The notes under the pieces are model-generated. The model saw only the letters and a program-made list of their open reading frames with translations, ran no database searches and was not told the origin of the DNA. This document shows, in pieces, positions 22,042-33,523 of a stretch of DNA of 64,000 nucleotides. The stretch comes from Trueperaceae bacterium (lineage in GTDB: Bacteria > Deinococcota > Deinococci > Deinococcales > Trueperaceae): the NCBI GenBank assembly GCA_963662295.1, contig OY759346.1, positions 1,299,542-1,363,541 of the forward strand, read 5' to 3'. Both the position numbers and the translations under genes were made by a program. Position 1 is the stretch's first letter. Every line of letters begins with the position of its first letter.

Positions 22042-22898
22042 GACGACGCCTTTTCGGAGGCCCTGAGTTTCGCGCTCCGAGCCCGGGGATTGGCAGCGAC
22101 CTCGTCGGCCGATGCGGTGATGGGCTTCGAGGTCAGGGGGGTGAGCGTTTTCGAACGCGAGACGAACTGCTTTACGATGCGATCTTCGAGCGAGTGGTAG
22201 CTCAGAACGACCAGCCTGCCGGCACCGGCCAACACCCGGTCGGAGGCGGCCAAGCCGTCGGAGAGCGCCGCTAACTCGTCGTTGACGAAGATTCTGAGCG
22301 CCTGAAATGTCCGCCGCGCCGGGTGGTCGTGCCGCGTTCGCTGCGGGTAGCTCTGCTGCACCACCGCCGCCAGTTCGCCGGTGGTGCCGATCGTCGCCCG
22401 ATCCCTGGCTGCGACGATGGCCCGTGCTACCCGCCGGCTGTACCGCTCCTCGCCGTACTTGTAGAGGATCGCGGCCAGCTCCTCGGTGGTGGCGGTGTTC
22501 ACCACCTCTGCGGCGCTGCGTCCGCGGGTAGACATTCGCATGTCGAGCGGTCCGTCGTGGCGAAAGGCGAAACCCCGGCCGGCTTCGTCGAGCTGCATCG
22601 AGGAGACACCGAGATCGAACAGAACGCCGTGGACTTCGGCGATGCCGCTGGCCTCGAGGTGTCCTTCGAGGTAGCGAAAATTGCCCTGGACGAGTTTGAA
22701 CCGCGGTCCCGCCAGCCCCTTTGCGAACCGATCGGCCTGCGGGTCCTGGTCTATCGCCAGGACGTTGGCGCCGTCGTCGAGCAGGGCCCGGCTGTGACCG
22801 CCTGCGCCAAAGGTGCCGTCGACGTACCAGCGGTCCGGTTTCGGCGCCAGATATTCGAGGCAGGTGGCGAGCATCACGGGTCGGTGTGCGGTGCTCAT
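22038..22898 (-). CDS. rsmH: 16S rRNA (cytosine1402-N4)-methyltransferase
   Basis: RsmH/MraW motifs (YVDGTFGAGGHS, DLGVSSMQLD). ATG 22898 overlaps the mraZ stop (ATGA). The ORF-track extension upstream is spurious. Confidence 0.9.
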   Translation of the reverse strand: MSTAHRPVMLATCLEYLAPKPDRWYVDGTFGAGGHSRALLDDGANVLAIDQDPQADRFAKGLAGPRFKLVQGNFRYLEGHLEASGIAEVHGVLFDLGVSSMQLDEAGRGFAFRHDGPLDMRMSTRGRSAAEVVNTATTEELAAILYKYGEERYSRRVARAIVAARDRATIGTTGELAAVVQQSYPQRTRHDHPARRTFQALRIFVNDELAALSDGLAASDRVLAGAGRLVVLSYHSLEDRIVKQFVSRSKTLTPLTSKPITASADEVAANPRARSAKLRASEKASS

Positions 22899-23323
22899 CC
22901 GACCAGCTCCCGAAGCAGTTCCGGTGACGGGGGTTGGTTTTGCACCTGTGTCAGGTTGGTGAGCCAGCGATTTTCGTTCCACAACTCGAGGCGGTTTGGC
23001 GCCCCAGCGACCACGACCGGGCCGTCCACTGCGGCGAACAGCCGCAACGTGGCGGGGATGGTGATGCGGCCTGCAGAGTCGATTTTGGCTTTGGCAGCGC
23101 CGGAGTAGAAGAAGCGCACGAATTCGCGGGCGTCGGCGTCGGTGAGTGGCAGCTCGGTGAGCCTGGCCTCGATGTTGTGCCAGGTTCCAAGCGGAAAAAC
23201 GTACAGGCAACCCTCCATGCCGCGGGTTACAACAAGACCATCTTCGACGAACTCCCTAAACGGGGGTGGAACGATCACCCTCCCCTTGTCGTCCATCGAG
23301 TATTGGAACTCGCCAAACGGCAT
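22895..23323 (-). CDS. mraZ: Transcriptional regulator MraZ
   Basis: MPFGEFQYSMDDKGRVIVP shows the duplicated MraZ/SpoVT-AbrB domain. GGGTGGGAA SD upstream of ATG 23323. Confidence 0.9.
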   Translation of the reverse strand: MPFGEFQYSMDDKGRVIVPPPFREFVEDGLVVTRGMEGCLYVFPLGTWHNIEARLTELPLTDADAREFVRFFYSGAAKAKIDSAGRITIPATLRLFAAVDGPVVVAGAPNRLELWNENRWLTNLTQVQNQPPSPELLRELVG

Positions 23324-23435
23324 TTCCCACCCGGCTCCCACTGCCTGGATTTGGACCCGCACCGGAGGCACCTCGTAATCGAGGGAGAACGCCTTGTGGC
23401 ACGGGACCCACCGCTGGATCGGAGTCTAACATAGA

Positions 23436-23505
23436 TTTCCCACAATTTCCCACAGTCCCCCACGAATTCCCGTTTAATTCCCCTTTTTCGAGCAGATTCC
23501 CCACG
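23436..23505 (-). promoter_or_regulatory. MraZ operator-like array: GTGGG(A/G)A direct repeats at 10-bp phasing
   Basis: Plus-strand CCCAC at 23439, 23449, 23459 and 23500. TTCCC variants at 23467 and 23478. A TAGACT -10-like box follows on the minus strand toward mraZ. Confidence 0.6.
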
Positions 23506-23569
23506 CTAATTCCATTCTCAACGGACCCGTTCACCGGCGCAGACCCGCCTGAACTCGAGCCTGAACAGC

Positions 23570-23611
23570 CCGCTCAATAAGGAAGCGGGATCGGGGAGGT
23601 ACCCCGATCCC
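23570..23611 (-). terminator. Terminator-like hairpin downstream of rnpB
   Basis: GGGATCGGGG-AGGTA-CCCCGATCCC, 10 bp stem, followed on the minus strand by CUUCCUUAUU. Confidence 0.45.
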
Positions 23612-24002
<391 letters not shown>

Positions 24003-24009
24003 GGCATTC

Positions 24010-24054
24010 TAGCAGAGAACAACCCCCATCGCAGCGACGGGGGTTGGCTGCGAA
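24010..24054 (-). terminator. Intrinsic terminator downstream of the BMP-family lipoprotein gene
   Basis: CAACCCCC-N11-GGGGGTTG, 8 bp stem, followed on the minus strand by UUCUCUGCU. Confidence 0.5.
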
Positions 24055-24068
24055 AACGTGTGGTGGGG

Positions 24069-25178
24069 CTACTGGGTGGTGTAGTCCGTAACCGCGAGCT
24101 CGCCACTCACGATCTGGGCACTGATGGCGGCGAGGTCGTCGAGCAGCCGCTGCGGCAACAGCGCGGCGTTGTAGTCGTCGACGGCGAAGCCGACGCCCGC
24201 CTCGGCCAGCCCGAGAATCACGATGCCGGAGGTGAAGGTACCGTCGACCACATCCATGGCGGCGAGCTCGGCGGCCACGTCGACCCGCTTGAGCATGCTG
24301 GTGAGGCCGTGGTTGAGGGTTGCGGGATCGCTGTCGGTATCGCCGAAGGGGTTCTGGTTGGAGTCGACACCGATGAAGAACAGCGGCTGGTCGCCGGCCC
24401 CACAGGCTGCGCCGTAGGTGCTGCTCACGGGAATATCGGCCAGCACATCCGCCAGTGGGGTACTGCGCAGTTGGCCGCTCGGGGTATAGCACTGCGTCTC
24501 GTTCACGAAGTCGATCACGCCGTTGCCGGAGGCTCCCGCCGCGGCGTAGATGATATCTGCGCCCTGGGCCTGCTGGGTCGTGGCGAGCTCCTTGGCCCGG
24601 GCGGGGTCTGACCAGGCAGCGGGTGTGACGCCCACGTAGTTGCTGAGGACGGTGCAGTCCGGGCAGGCCGCCAGCACGCCCTCTTCGTAACCGAGATTGA
24701 ACTTCCGGATCAGCGGAATGTCCATACCTCCCACGAAGCCGACCGTTCCGGTCTGACTCATGGTGCCGGCGATGAAGCCCACCAGGAAGCTGCCTTCGTG
24801 CTCCTTGAACAGCACGCTGCGCACGTTGGGGGCGTCCGACACGCCGTCGATAAGGACCCAGTTGGTGTCGGGGTACTCGTTGGCGATATTGGTCACCGCA
24901 TCGGCCTGTGAGAAGCCGGGGGCGGCGATGAGCTCGGCGCCTTCAGCTGCGATCTGGCGGTGGCCCTGGGCCGAGGTGTCGGGCGTTCCTTCGAATTCGA
25001 TCAGGTCGATCTCGTAGCTGTCTAGCCCGTCGATGGCGCGCAGCAATCCGCGCCAGGTACCCTCGTTAAAGGAGCCGTCGAACTTGCCTCCGGCATCGAA
25101 CACGATCCCGAAGACGTAATCCTGGGCAATGGAGACGCTGAGTAGAGCGGCAGCAACGATCATCAAAACTTTGCGCAT
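24069..25178 (-). CDS. BMP family (PnrA/Med-like) ABC transporter substrate-binding lipoprotein, probably nucleoside-binding
   Basis: Signal peptide MRKVLMIVAAALLSVS and BMP-family motifs. Perfect SD AAGGAGGA upstream of ATG 25178. The ORF-track extension to 25253 is unlikely. Confidence 0.8.
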   Translation of the reverse strand: MRKVLMIVAAALLSVSIAQDYVFGIVFDAGGKFDGSFNEGTWRGLLRAIDGLDSYEIDLIEFEGTPDTSAQGHRQIAAEGAELIAAPGFSQADAVTNIANEYPDTNWVLIDGVSDAPNVRSVLFKEHEGSFLVGFIAGTMSQTGTVGFVGGMDIPLIRKFNLGYEEGVLAACPDCTVLSNYVGVTPAAWSDPARAKELATTQQAQGADIIYAAAGASGNGVIDFVNETQCYTPSGQLRSTPLADVLADIPVSSTYGAACGAGDQPLFFIGVDSNQNPFGDTDSDPATLNHGLTSMLKRVDVAAELAAMDVVDGTFTSGIVILGLAEAGVGFAVDDYNAALLPQRLLDDLAAISAQIVSGELAVTDYTTQ

Positions 25179-25399
25179 GAATCCTCCTTGTAGGGTGCTA
25201 GGTATTACCCGCCGGGAGTATACCACGACTCGATCCGACAGAGCCCTCCGCAAACATCAGTAGAGCCTTCATCAACGCCCGTCAATGCCTTCATAGAGAG
25301 ACCGTTCGCTCACGGTAGTGGTCGTGCCCCACGACGGCCCTTGCCGGCCTTCGCGGCCTGCTACCAGCGCACGGCTTGTGGTGCCCCTGTGCGTTATAG

Positions 25400-27450
<2,051 letters not shown>

Positions 27451-27465
27451 AAGGGTGGTGGCTCC

Positions 27466-28596
27466 GTGCAGGCCTTTTTCAGCGAGATATGGACCGAATT
27501 GGTGGGTGGATTCGAGGAGACGTTTGGCCTCTTTTCGGGCGAGGCCGGCGGCCTTACGAGCGGGCTTGCCGACCTGATCCAGAGGATCGTGGTCGCCGCG
27601 CTGCTGGCGCTGATCTTCTGGGTCGTCTACCTGGCGCTCCGGCGCGCCGTGCGGCTGATCACCACGCGAGCGAGGGTACCGACCGAACTGTCTCGGCCGC
27701 TGGTTCTGGCTCTCCGGTATACCTTCCTGGTGCTCGGGGGGCTGGCGATCATGTCGCGCTTCGGGGTCAGCCGAGATTTTCTTTCCGACACCGCCGTGGT
27801 CGCCCTGTTCGCCTTTCTGTTCTTTTTGGGCTGGCTCCTGATCAACCGCTTTCTGGGCAACGCGGTGCGGGCTACCGGGCTCGATCGATCGCTCGAACAG
27901 CTCCTGCGCAACGTGTTAGCGGTGCTGGTCGCCTCGTTGGCGTTCGTGACCATCATGGGCCAGTACGGCGTCGATGTGCTGGCGGTGATAACGGCGCTGG
28001 GCGTGGTGGGCATCGCCATCGGATTCGCAGCCCAGGAGACGCTGTCGAACTTCATCTCCGGCATCACCCTGCTGATCGAGCGGCCGTTCGAGATCGGGGA
28101 TTGGGTGGAGCTCAACGGCCAGACGGGCCGGGTCGAACTGATCACCCTCCGCACCACCCGAATGATTACCAGGGACAACATCATGACCTCGATCCCCAAC
28201 GCCACGGTGGCGTCTGCAGACATCATCAACCTGAGCGCCGGCGGACCGCTGCGGGTCGCCGCTCTGATCGGCATCGCCTACAAAGAGTCGTGCGAACGGG
28301 CCCGACAGGTGTTGATGCCGGTCCTGACGGCCCACCCCGATGTCATGACCGGCGGCGAACACAGCCCCACGGTGCTGCTCGAAGAGCTCGGCGACTCCTC
28401 GGTCAACCTGACGCTGTACTACTGGCTGCAGCCGCGTGACATCCCCGGCCAGCCCCGGATCAGCGCCGAGATTCTAGAGGCCGGCAAGGCGGCGCTCGAT
28501 CAGCACGGGATCGAAATCCCCTTTCCCCATCTCCAGCTGTTCGTCGACGAGGCGAAGGGACTCGATACCGTCTTGGCCCCGTTTCGCCCTAGTTGA
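27466..28596 (+). CDS. Mechanosensitive ion channel (MscS family)
   Basis: Three or more transmembrane helices followed by an MscS beta domain. GTG start with GGGTGG SD. Confidence 0.85.
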   Translation: MQAFFSEIWTELVGGFEETFGLFSGEAGGLTSGLADLIQRIVVAALLALIFWVVYLALRRAVRLITTRARVPTELSRPLVLALRYTFLVLGGLAIMSRFGVSRDFLSDTAVVALFAFLFFLGWLLINRFLGNAVRATGLDRSLEQLLRNVLAVLVASLAFVTIMGQYGVDVLAVITALGVVGIAIGFAAQETLSNFISGITLLIERPFEIGDWVELNGQTGRVELITLRTTRMITRDNIMTSIPNATVASADIINLSAGGPLRVAALIGIAYKESCERARQVLMPVLTAHPDVMTGGEHSPTVLLEELGDSSVNLTLYYWLQPRDIPGQPRISAEILEAGKAALDQHGIEIPFPHLQLFVDEAKGLDTVLAPFRPS

Positions 28597-28607
28597 CGGA
28601 CCCGACC

Positions 28608-29150
28608 TCAGAACAGGACCTTAGACCAGTCGAGTTCGTCGAGCGGGGTGAAGCGATCGACGTATTCGAGCAATATGCCGGCAGACTGATTGCGGAACAT
28701 GGCGCACTCGACGTGTTTGCCCAGGCGTTTCAGGGCCTCTACCAGCTCTATGTAGTCGCCGTCGCCACTCACCAGCAGGGCCACGTCGAAGGCGTCCTGG
28801 TGAGCCAGCGACAGCGACTCGACAGCGATGGCCACATCGATCCCCTTCTCGACCAGCGAGCCGTCTGGGCGCCGGTGGAGGCGTCCGAGCCGAACCGTGA
28901 CGTAGGGTATCCGGCGCAGCGATTCGAAAAAGCGGTGCTGGCCCTCGCGCAGGTCTTCATCGTAGTCGCTGGTCAGGGGGGCGTTGTAGTAGTAGGTGCG
29001 AAACAGCCTGCGGTCGCCGCGTAGCCGGCGAATGAACTCGCTCAGGTTCACCCTGGTATTGGAGAGGTTCTCCCGCATCCCGTTGTACAGGTTGCTGCCG
29101 TCGATGAAAATAGCGACACGGTCGGACAATAGCCAACACCTCGATCTCAT
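28608..29150 (-). CDS. NYN-domain (LabA/DUF88-like) protein
   Basis: AIFIDGSNLY and a conserved acidic-residue pattern typical of the NYN nuclease fold. Confidence 0.7.
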   Translation of the reverse strand: MRSRCWLLSDRVAIFIDGSNLYNGMRENLSNTRVNLSEFIRRLRGDRRLFRTYYYNAPLTSDYDEDLREGQHRFFESLRRIPYVTVRLGRLHRRPDGSLVEKGIDVAIAVESLSLAHQDAFDVALLVSGDGDYIELVEALKRLGKHVECAMFRNQSAGILLEYVDRFTPLDELDWSKVLF

Positions 29151-29304
29151 AGCGGTCCCACCGGGACCGGTAGCCGCCAGTGTACCGCCCGCTAGCGTTC
29201 AGGGGAAGGGGAGAGGCCGCCCATGCCGGAGGCGGCCTAACTTCTCATGTTCGCTTCACAATGCGGTCAACCCTCTCATCTTAGGGTAGGCGATAATTCG
29301 CACT

Positions 29305-29982
<678 letters not shown>

Positions 29983-29994
29983 GCGCAGCAGGCC

Positions 29995-31491
29995 ATGTCG
30001 CTACGGCTACGGCTAACACTCTTCTATAGCGCTTTTTTCGCCATCATCGTCTCGGCGGTGGCGGTGTCGGTCTATCTTCTTACCGATTCGTCGTTGAACG
30101 AGGCGTTGGAGGAGCGGGCCCGGCAGGCCCTCATCGATCTTCAGCGCGGCTACGTGGTGGCCGGGCTCCAGAAGCTCCCGTCCAACGCCTACTACCAGTT
30201 CGTCATCCTCGGAGCGGTGGGCGCCGACAGCCCGAATCTTGACCTGATCCGCAACGGCATCCCCTACTACCAGCAGGGCTTTCCGAACCCCTCGGCGGTA
30301 TCGCTGGTGGAGCTGCTACCCGATACCACCCTGCGACAGCTGATCGAAGGTGGGGTGGTCACCGGCGAGGTGGCGCTGCCCGACGGCGGGGAGCTGCGGG
30401 TCCTGGCCGACATCGGCTCCCTGGAATTCAATCTACCGGGCAGGACCCAAGCGTTCACCGCCGCCGTGCTGATCGGTCTTCCGGCCGCGAACACGGGCAA
30501 CATCCTCGATCAGCTGGCCAGCGACCTCGGCCTGACGGTGATCCTCGCCTTCGTGGCGTTTGGGCTGGGCGTCTACCTGCTGTCACGGCAGGTCCTCAGT
30601 CCCGTACAACGGGTCACCCACGCCGCGTCGCGGGTTACCGGACGCGATCTTTCGCAGCGGGTGCCGGTGCCCAGAACGGACGACGAAATGCGTGAGCTCG
30701 CGGTCACCATCAATCGGATGCTCGAGCGCCTACAGGAGTCGTTCGAGACCCAACGACGGTTCACCGCCGACGCCAGCCACGAGCTCCGCACACCGGTCAC
30801 CGCCATCGTCGGCCACGCCAGCTACCTGCTGCGCCGAACGCGTCCGAGCCTCGAACAGGTCGACTCGCTTACCGTCATCGGCCGCGAGGCCGAGCGGATG
30901 GCCAAGCTCGTCAACGACCTGCTCGAGCTGGCCCGGGCCGACGCGGGTTTTACGGTGCAGCGAGAGCCCACCAATCTGGTCGACATTCTCGAGGCGGTCC
31001 ACATGGAGCTGGCGCCGGTCGCCGGCCACGCCGAAATCGCGGTAAATTCGCCGGCCAACCGGCTCGATGTGCTCGGCGATCCCGCCCGCCTCAAGCAGGT
31101 GGTGTTGAATCTGGTGCTGAACGCGCTAAACGCCGGGGCCGGGCACGTTACCCTGACCCTCTACCGCACCCGAACCAACGCCATTCTGGAGATCCTCGAT
31201 GACGGTCCTGGCATTCCCGAAGAGGCCATCCCGCACCTGTTCGAACGCTTCTACCGCGTCGATGGGGCGCGCTCCACCCGGGGCAACGGCAGCGGGCTCG
31301 GCCTGGCGATCGTGAAGTGGATCGTGAACCAGCACGACGGCACCGTAGGGGTCGAGTCGCGCCTGGGTGAGGGCAGCGTCTTCAGTGTAGAATTGCCGAT
31401 TCTGAACCCGCGAGACAGCGACACGGCGGCTGCCCGCCAGACGGCTGCAGGTCCCCTGGGTAGATTCCGACCCTCGCGAGAAACACCCTGA
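29995..31491 (+). CDS. Sensor histidine kinase (two transmembrane segments, HAMP, HisKA, HATPase_c)
   Basis: H-box SHELRTPVTAI, with N, G1 and G2 boxes. Cognate to the upstream regulator. Confidence 0.9.
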   Translation: MSLRLRLTLFYSAFFAIIVSAVAVSVYLLTDSSLNEALEERARQALIDLQRGYVVAGLQKLPSNAYYQFVILGAVGADSPNLDLIRNGIPYYQQGFPNPSAVSLVELLPDTTLRQLIEGGVVTGEVALPDGGELRVLADIGSLEFNLPGRTQAFTAAVLIGLPAANTGNILDQLASDLGLTVILAFVAFGLGVYLLSRQVLSPVQRVTHAASRVTGRDLSQRVPVPRTDDEMRELAVTINRMLERLQESFETQRRFTADASHELRTPVTAIVGHASYLLRRTRPSLEQVDSLTVIGREAERMAKLVNDLLELARADAGFTVQREPTNLVDILEAVHMELAPVAGHAEIAVNSPANRLDVLGDPARLKQVVLNLVLNALNAGAGHVTLTLYRTRTNAILEILDDGPGIPEEAIPHLFERFYRVDGARSTRGNGSGLGLAIVKWIVNQHDGTVGVESRLGEGSVFSVELPILNPRDSDTAAARQTAAGPLGRFRPSRETP

Positions 31492-31531
31492 AGGCGAGCA
31501 AAGCCGGTTACACTCGGTACAGGAGGTAGCC

Positions 31532-32470
31532 ATGGCTCTGTTGGTTCTTATTGGGATAGGTATCGTGGTTCTCGGGGTGGTGCTGATCGTTCAGGGGGTC
31601 CAGGGTCGCCAGGGGAAGCTGCGCACCCTGGGTGGCACCGCCGTGGTCGTGGGGGTGTTGGTGGCGTTCCTGTCGAGCGCCTTCGTGGTGGTGCCAGCGG
31701 GCAACGTCGGGGTGGTCTTCAACGTCTTCGGCGGGGTTCAAGACGGGGAGCTCGGCGAAGGGTTCCACATCGTGCTGCCGTTTTTGCAGCAGGTCACCCT
31801 CTACGACATTCGTCAGCAGGAACTGACGCTGTCGAGCAGCACCGGCGACCAGATCTCATCGCGATCGTCCGAGGGACTCGAGATCAGCGTCGACGCCACC
31901 ATCCTCTACCAGGTCGCACCGACCGAGGTGGCGAGGTTGCACCAGGACATTGGGCCGTCGTACGAGCAGGTCCGTGTCCGTCCCGAGGTGCGCAGCCAGA
32001 TCCGCGACAGCATCGCCCAGTTCGAAGCGGCGAGCCTCATCTCGACCGAGCGCACCCAGGTCGCGCAGCTTATCGAGGCCGCACTCCGGGAGGCGCTGTC
32101 GGCGGACAACGTGCTGGTGCTGTCGGTGTTGCTTCGCGACGTGCGTATTCCCCAGTCGATCACCAATGCGATCGAGGAGAAGCAGGCGGCCGAGCAGCAG
32201 GTCCAGGTCGAAGAGAACCGCCGGCGGCAGGCCGTAATCACGGCCCAACGGCTGGTCATCGAGGCCCAAGGGCAGCGCGACGCCCAGGTAGCCCGGGCTG
32301 AGGGTGAAGCCGAAGCGCTTCGGCTTCGTGGCGCGGCGCTCCGCGAGAACCCGGAGATCATCCAACTCGAGGTCGCCCAGCGGCTCGCCCCCACGATCCA
32401 GACCATCATGCTGCCGTCCGAAGGCAACTTCCTTCTTGACGTGCGGGGCCTGACCGGCGGTTCCCCCTAG
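31532..32470 (+). CDS. SPFH/band-7 (prohibitin/HflC-like) membrane protein
   Basis: N-terminal transmembrane helix, SPFH core and a C-terminal coiled coil (AEQQVQVEENRRRQAVI). Confidence 0.8.
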   Translation: MALLVLIGIGIVVLGVVLIVQGVQGRQGKLRTLGGTAVVVGVLVAFLSSAFVVVPAGNVGVVFNVFGGVQDGELGEGFHIVLPFLQQVTLYDIRQQELTLSSSTGDQISSRSSEGLEISVDATILYQVAPTEVARLHQDIGPSYEQVRVRPEVRSQIRDSIAQFEAASLISTERTQVAQLIEAALREALSADNVLVLSVLLRDVRIPQSITNAIEEKQAAEQQVQVEENRRRQAVITAQRLVIEAQGQRDAQVARAEGEAEALRLRGAALRENPEIIQLEVAQRLAPTIQTIMLPSEGNFLLDVRGLTGGSP

Positions 32471-33465
32471 ACGAAGCGCACGCCCGGTGCGGCCACCACC
32501 TCGCCGATCTCGCTGAGCGGTTCGGGGCAGCGTTTTCGAGCCTCGCCGATCCGCTCGGCCGGACAGACGACGATGAAACCGACGCCGAGATTGAACACGG
32601 CGCGCATGTCGGCAGGGGGCACCGCTCCCTGCCGCTCGATTTCAGCGAAGATTTCGGGTACCTCCCAGCTGCCCAGGTGTACCCTCGCCCCGACGGTCGG
32701 TGGCAGCGCCCTGGGCAGGTTGCCGGGGATGCCGCCGCCGGTGACGTGGGCGAGCCCCACCGGAATGCCGGCCGTCAGCAGCGGCCGCACCGCTGTGAGG
32801 AAACTCCGGTGCGGGGCGAGCAGCGCCGCGCCGACCGTGGTCCCCGAGAACGGTTGCTGGTAGCGGCCCTCGAGCACCGTGCGGGCCAGACTGAAACCGT
32901 TGGTCTGAAGGCCGCCTGAAGCGAGCGCCAGCAGGCGATCGCCGGGCCGGGCCGGCCGCACCTGGCTCAGGTAGGGGTAGGCCCGGCGCCCCACCACGGT
33001 GCCCACGATGTCGAGCTCTCCCGCCCGGTAGACCCCCGGCAGCTCCGCGGTTTCCCCTCCGAGGAGCGGCATGCCGCTCGCCCGGCAGGCCGCGGCGATA
33101 CCGGCGACCACCTCCTCGACGACCTGTGGGTCGAGTCTCGAACTCGCCAAATAGTCGAGGAAGAACAGCGGTTCCGCGCCCTGCGTGAGGATGTCGTTAA
33201 GGCAGTGATTGACGAGGTCCTCGCCGAGCCCGCGGTAGCGCCCAAGGGCCGTCGCCACTTTGGTCTTGGTGCCGACACCGTCGGAGCTGGCCACCAGGGT
33301 TTCGGTGGCTTCCGGGGTGTCGAGACGGAACAGACCCCCGAAGGAGCCGTGCTCGGAGATCACCCGTTCGTCGTGGGTGGAGCGAACCGCCTTGCCGATC
33401 CGCTCGACGGTGGTTTCGGCGGCCGTCAGGTCGACGCCCGCCTCTCGGTAGCGATCGCTGGTCAC
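32467..33465 (-). CDS. purM: Phosphoribosylformylglycinamidine cyclo-ligase (AIR synthetase)
   Basis: PurM N and C domains. GTG 33465 sits 7 nt after a TACAAT -10 (leaderless). The ORF-track N-terminal extension is spurious. Confidence 0.9.
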   Translation of the reverse strand: MTSDRYREAGVDLTAAETTVERIGKAVRSTHDERVISEHGSFGGLFRLDTPEATETLVASSDGVGTKTKVATALGRYRGLGEDLVNHCLNDILTQGAEPLFFLDYLASSRLDPQVVEEVVAGIAAACRASGMPLLGGETAELPGVYRAGELDIVGTVVGRRAYPYLSQVRPARPGDRLLALASGGLQTNGFSLARTVLEGRYQQPFSGTTVGAALLAPHRSFLTAVRPLLTAGIPVGLAHVTGGGIPGNLPRALPPTVGARVHLGSWEVPEIFAEIERQGAVPPADMRAVFNLGVGFIVVCPAERIGEARKRCPEPLSEIGEVVAAPGVRFV

Positions 33466-33523
33466 ATTGGAGATTGTACCCCCCGGGCCTGCTGCCGGTG
33501 GGCGTCCGCGGTAGACTCGAGCC
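33466..33523. promoter_or_regulatory. Divergent leaderless promoter region for purM (minus, TACAAT) and priA (plus, TAGACT)
   Basis: A -10 hexamer lies 6-7 nt upstream of each start codon in this 58 bp intergenic region. Confidence 0.4.
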
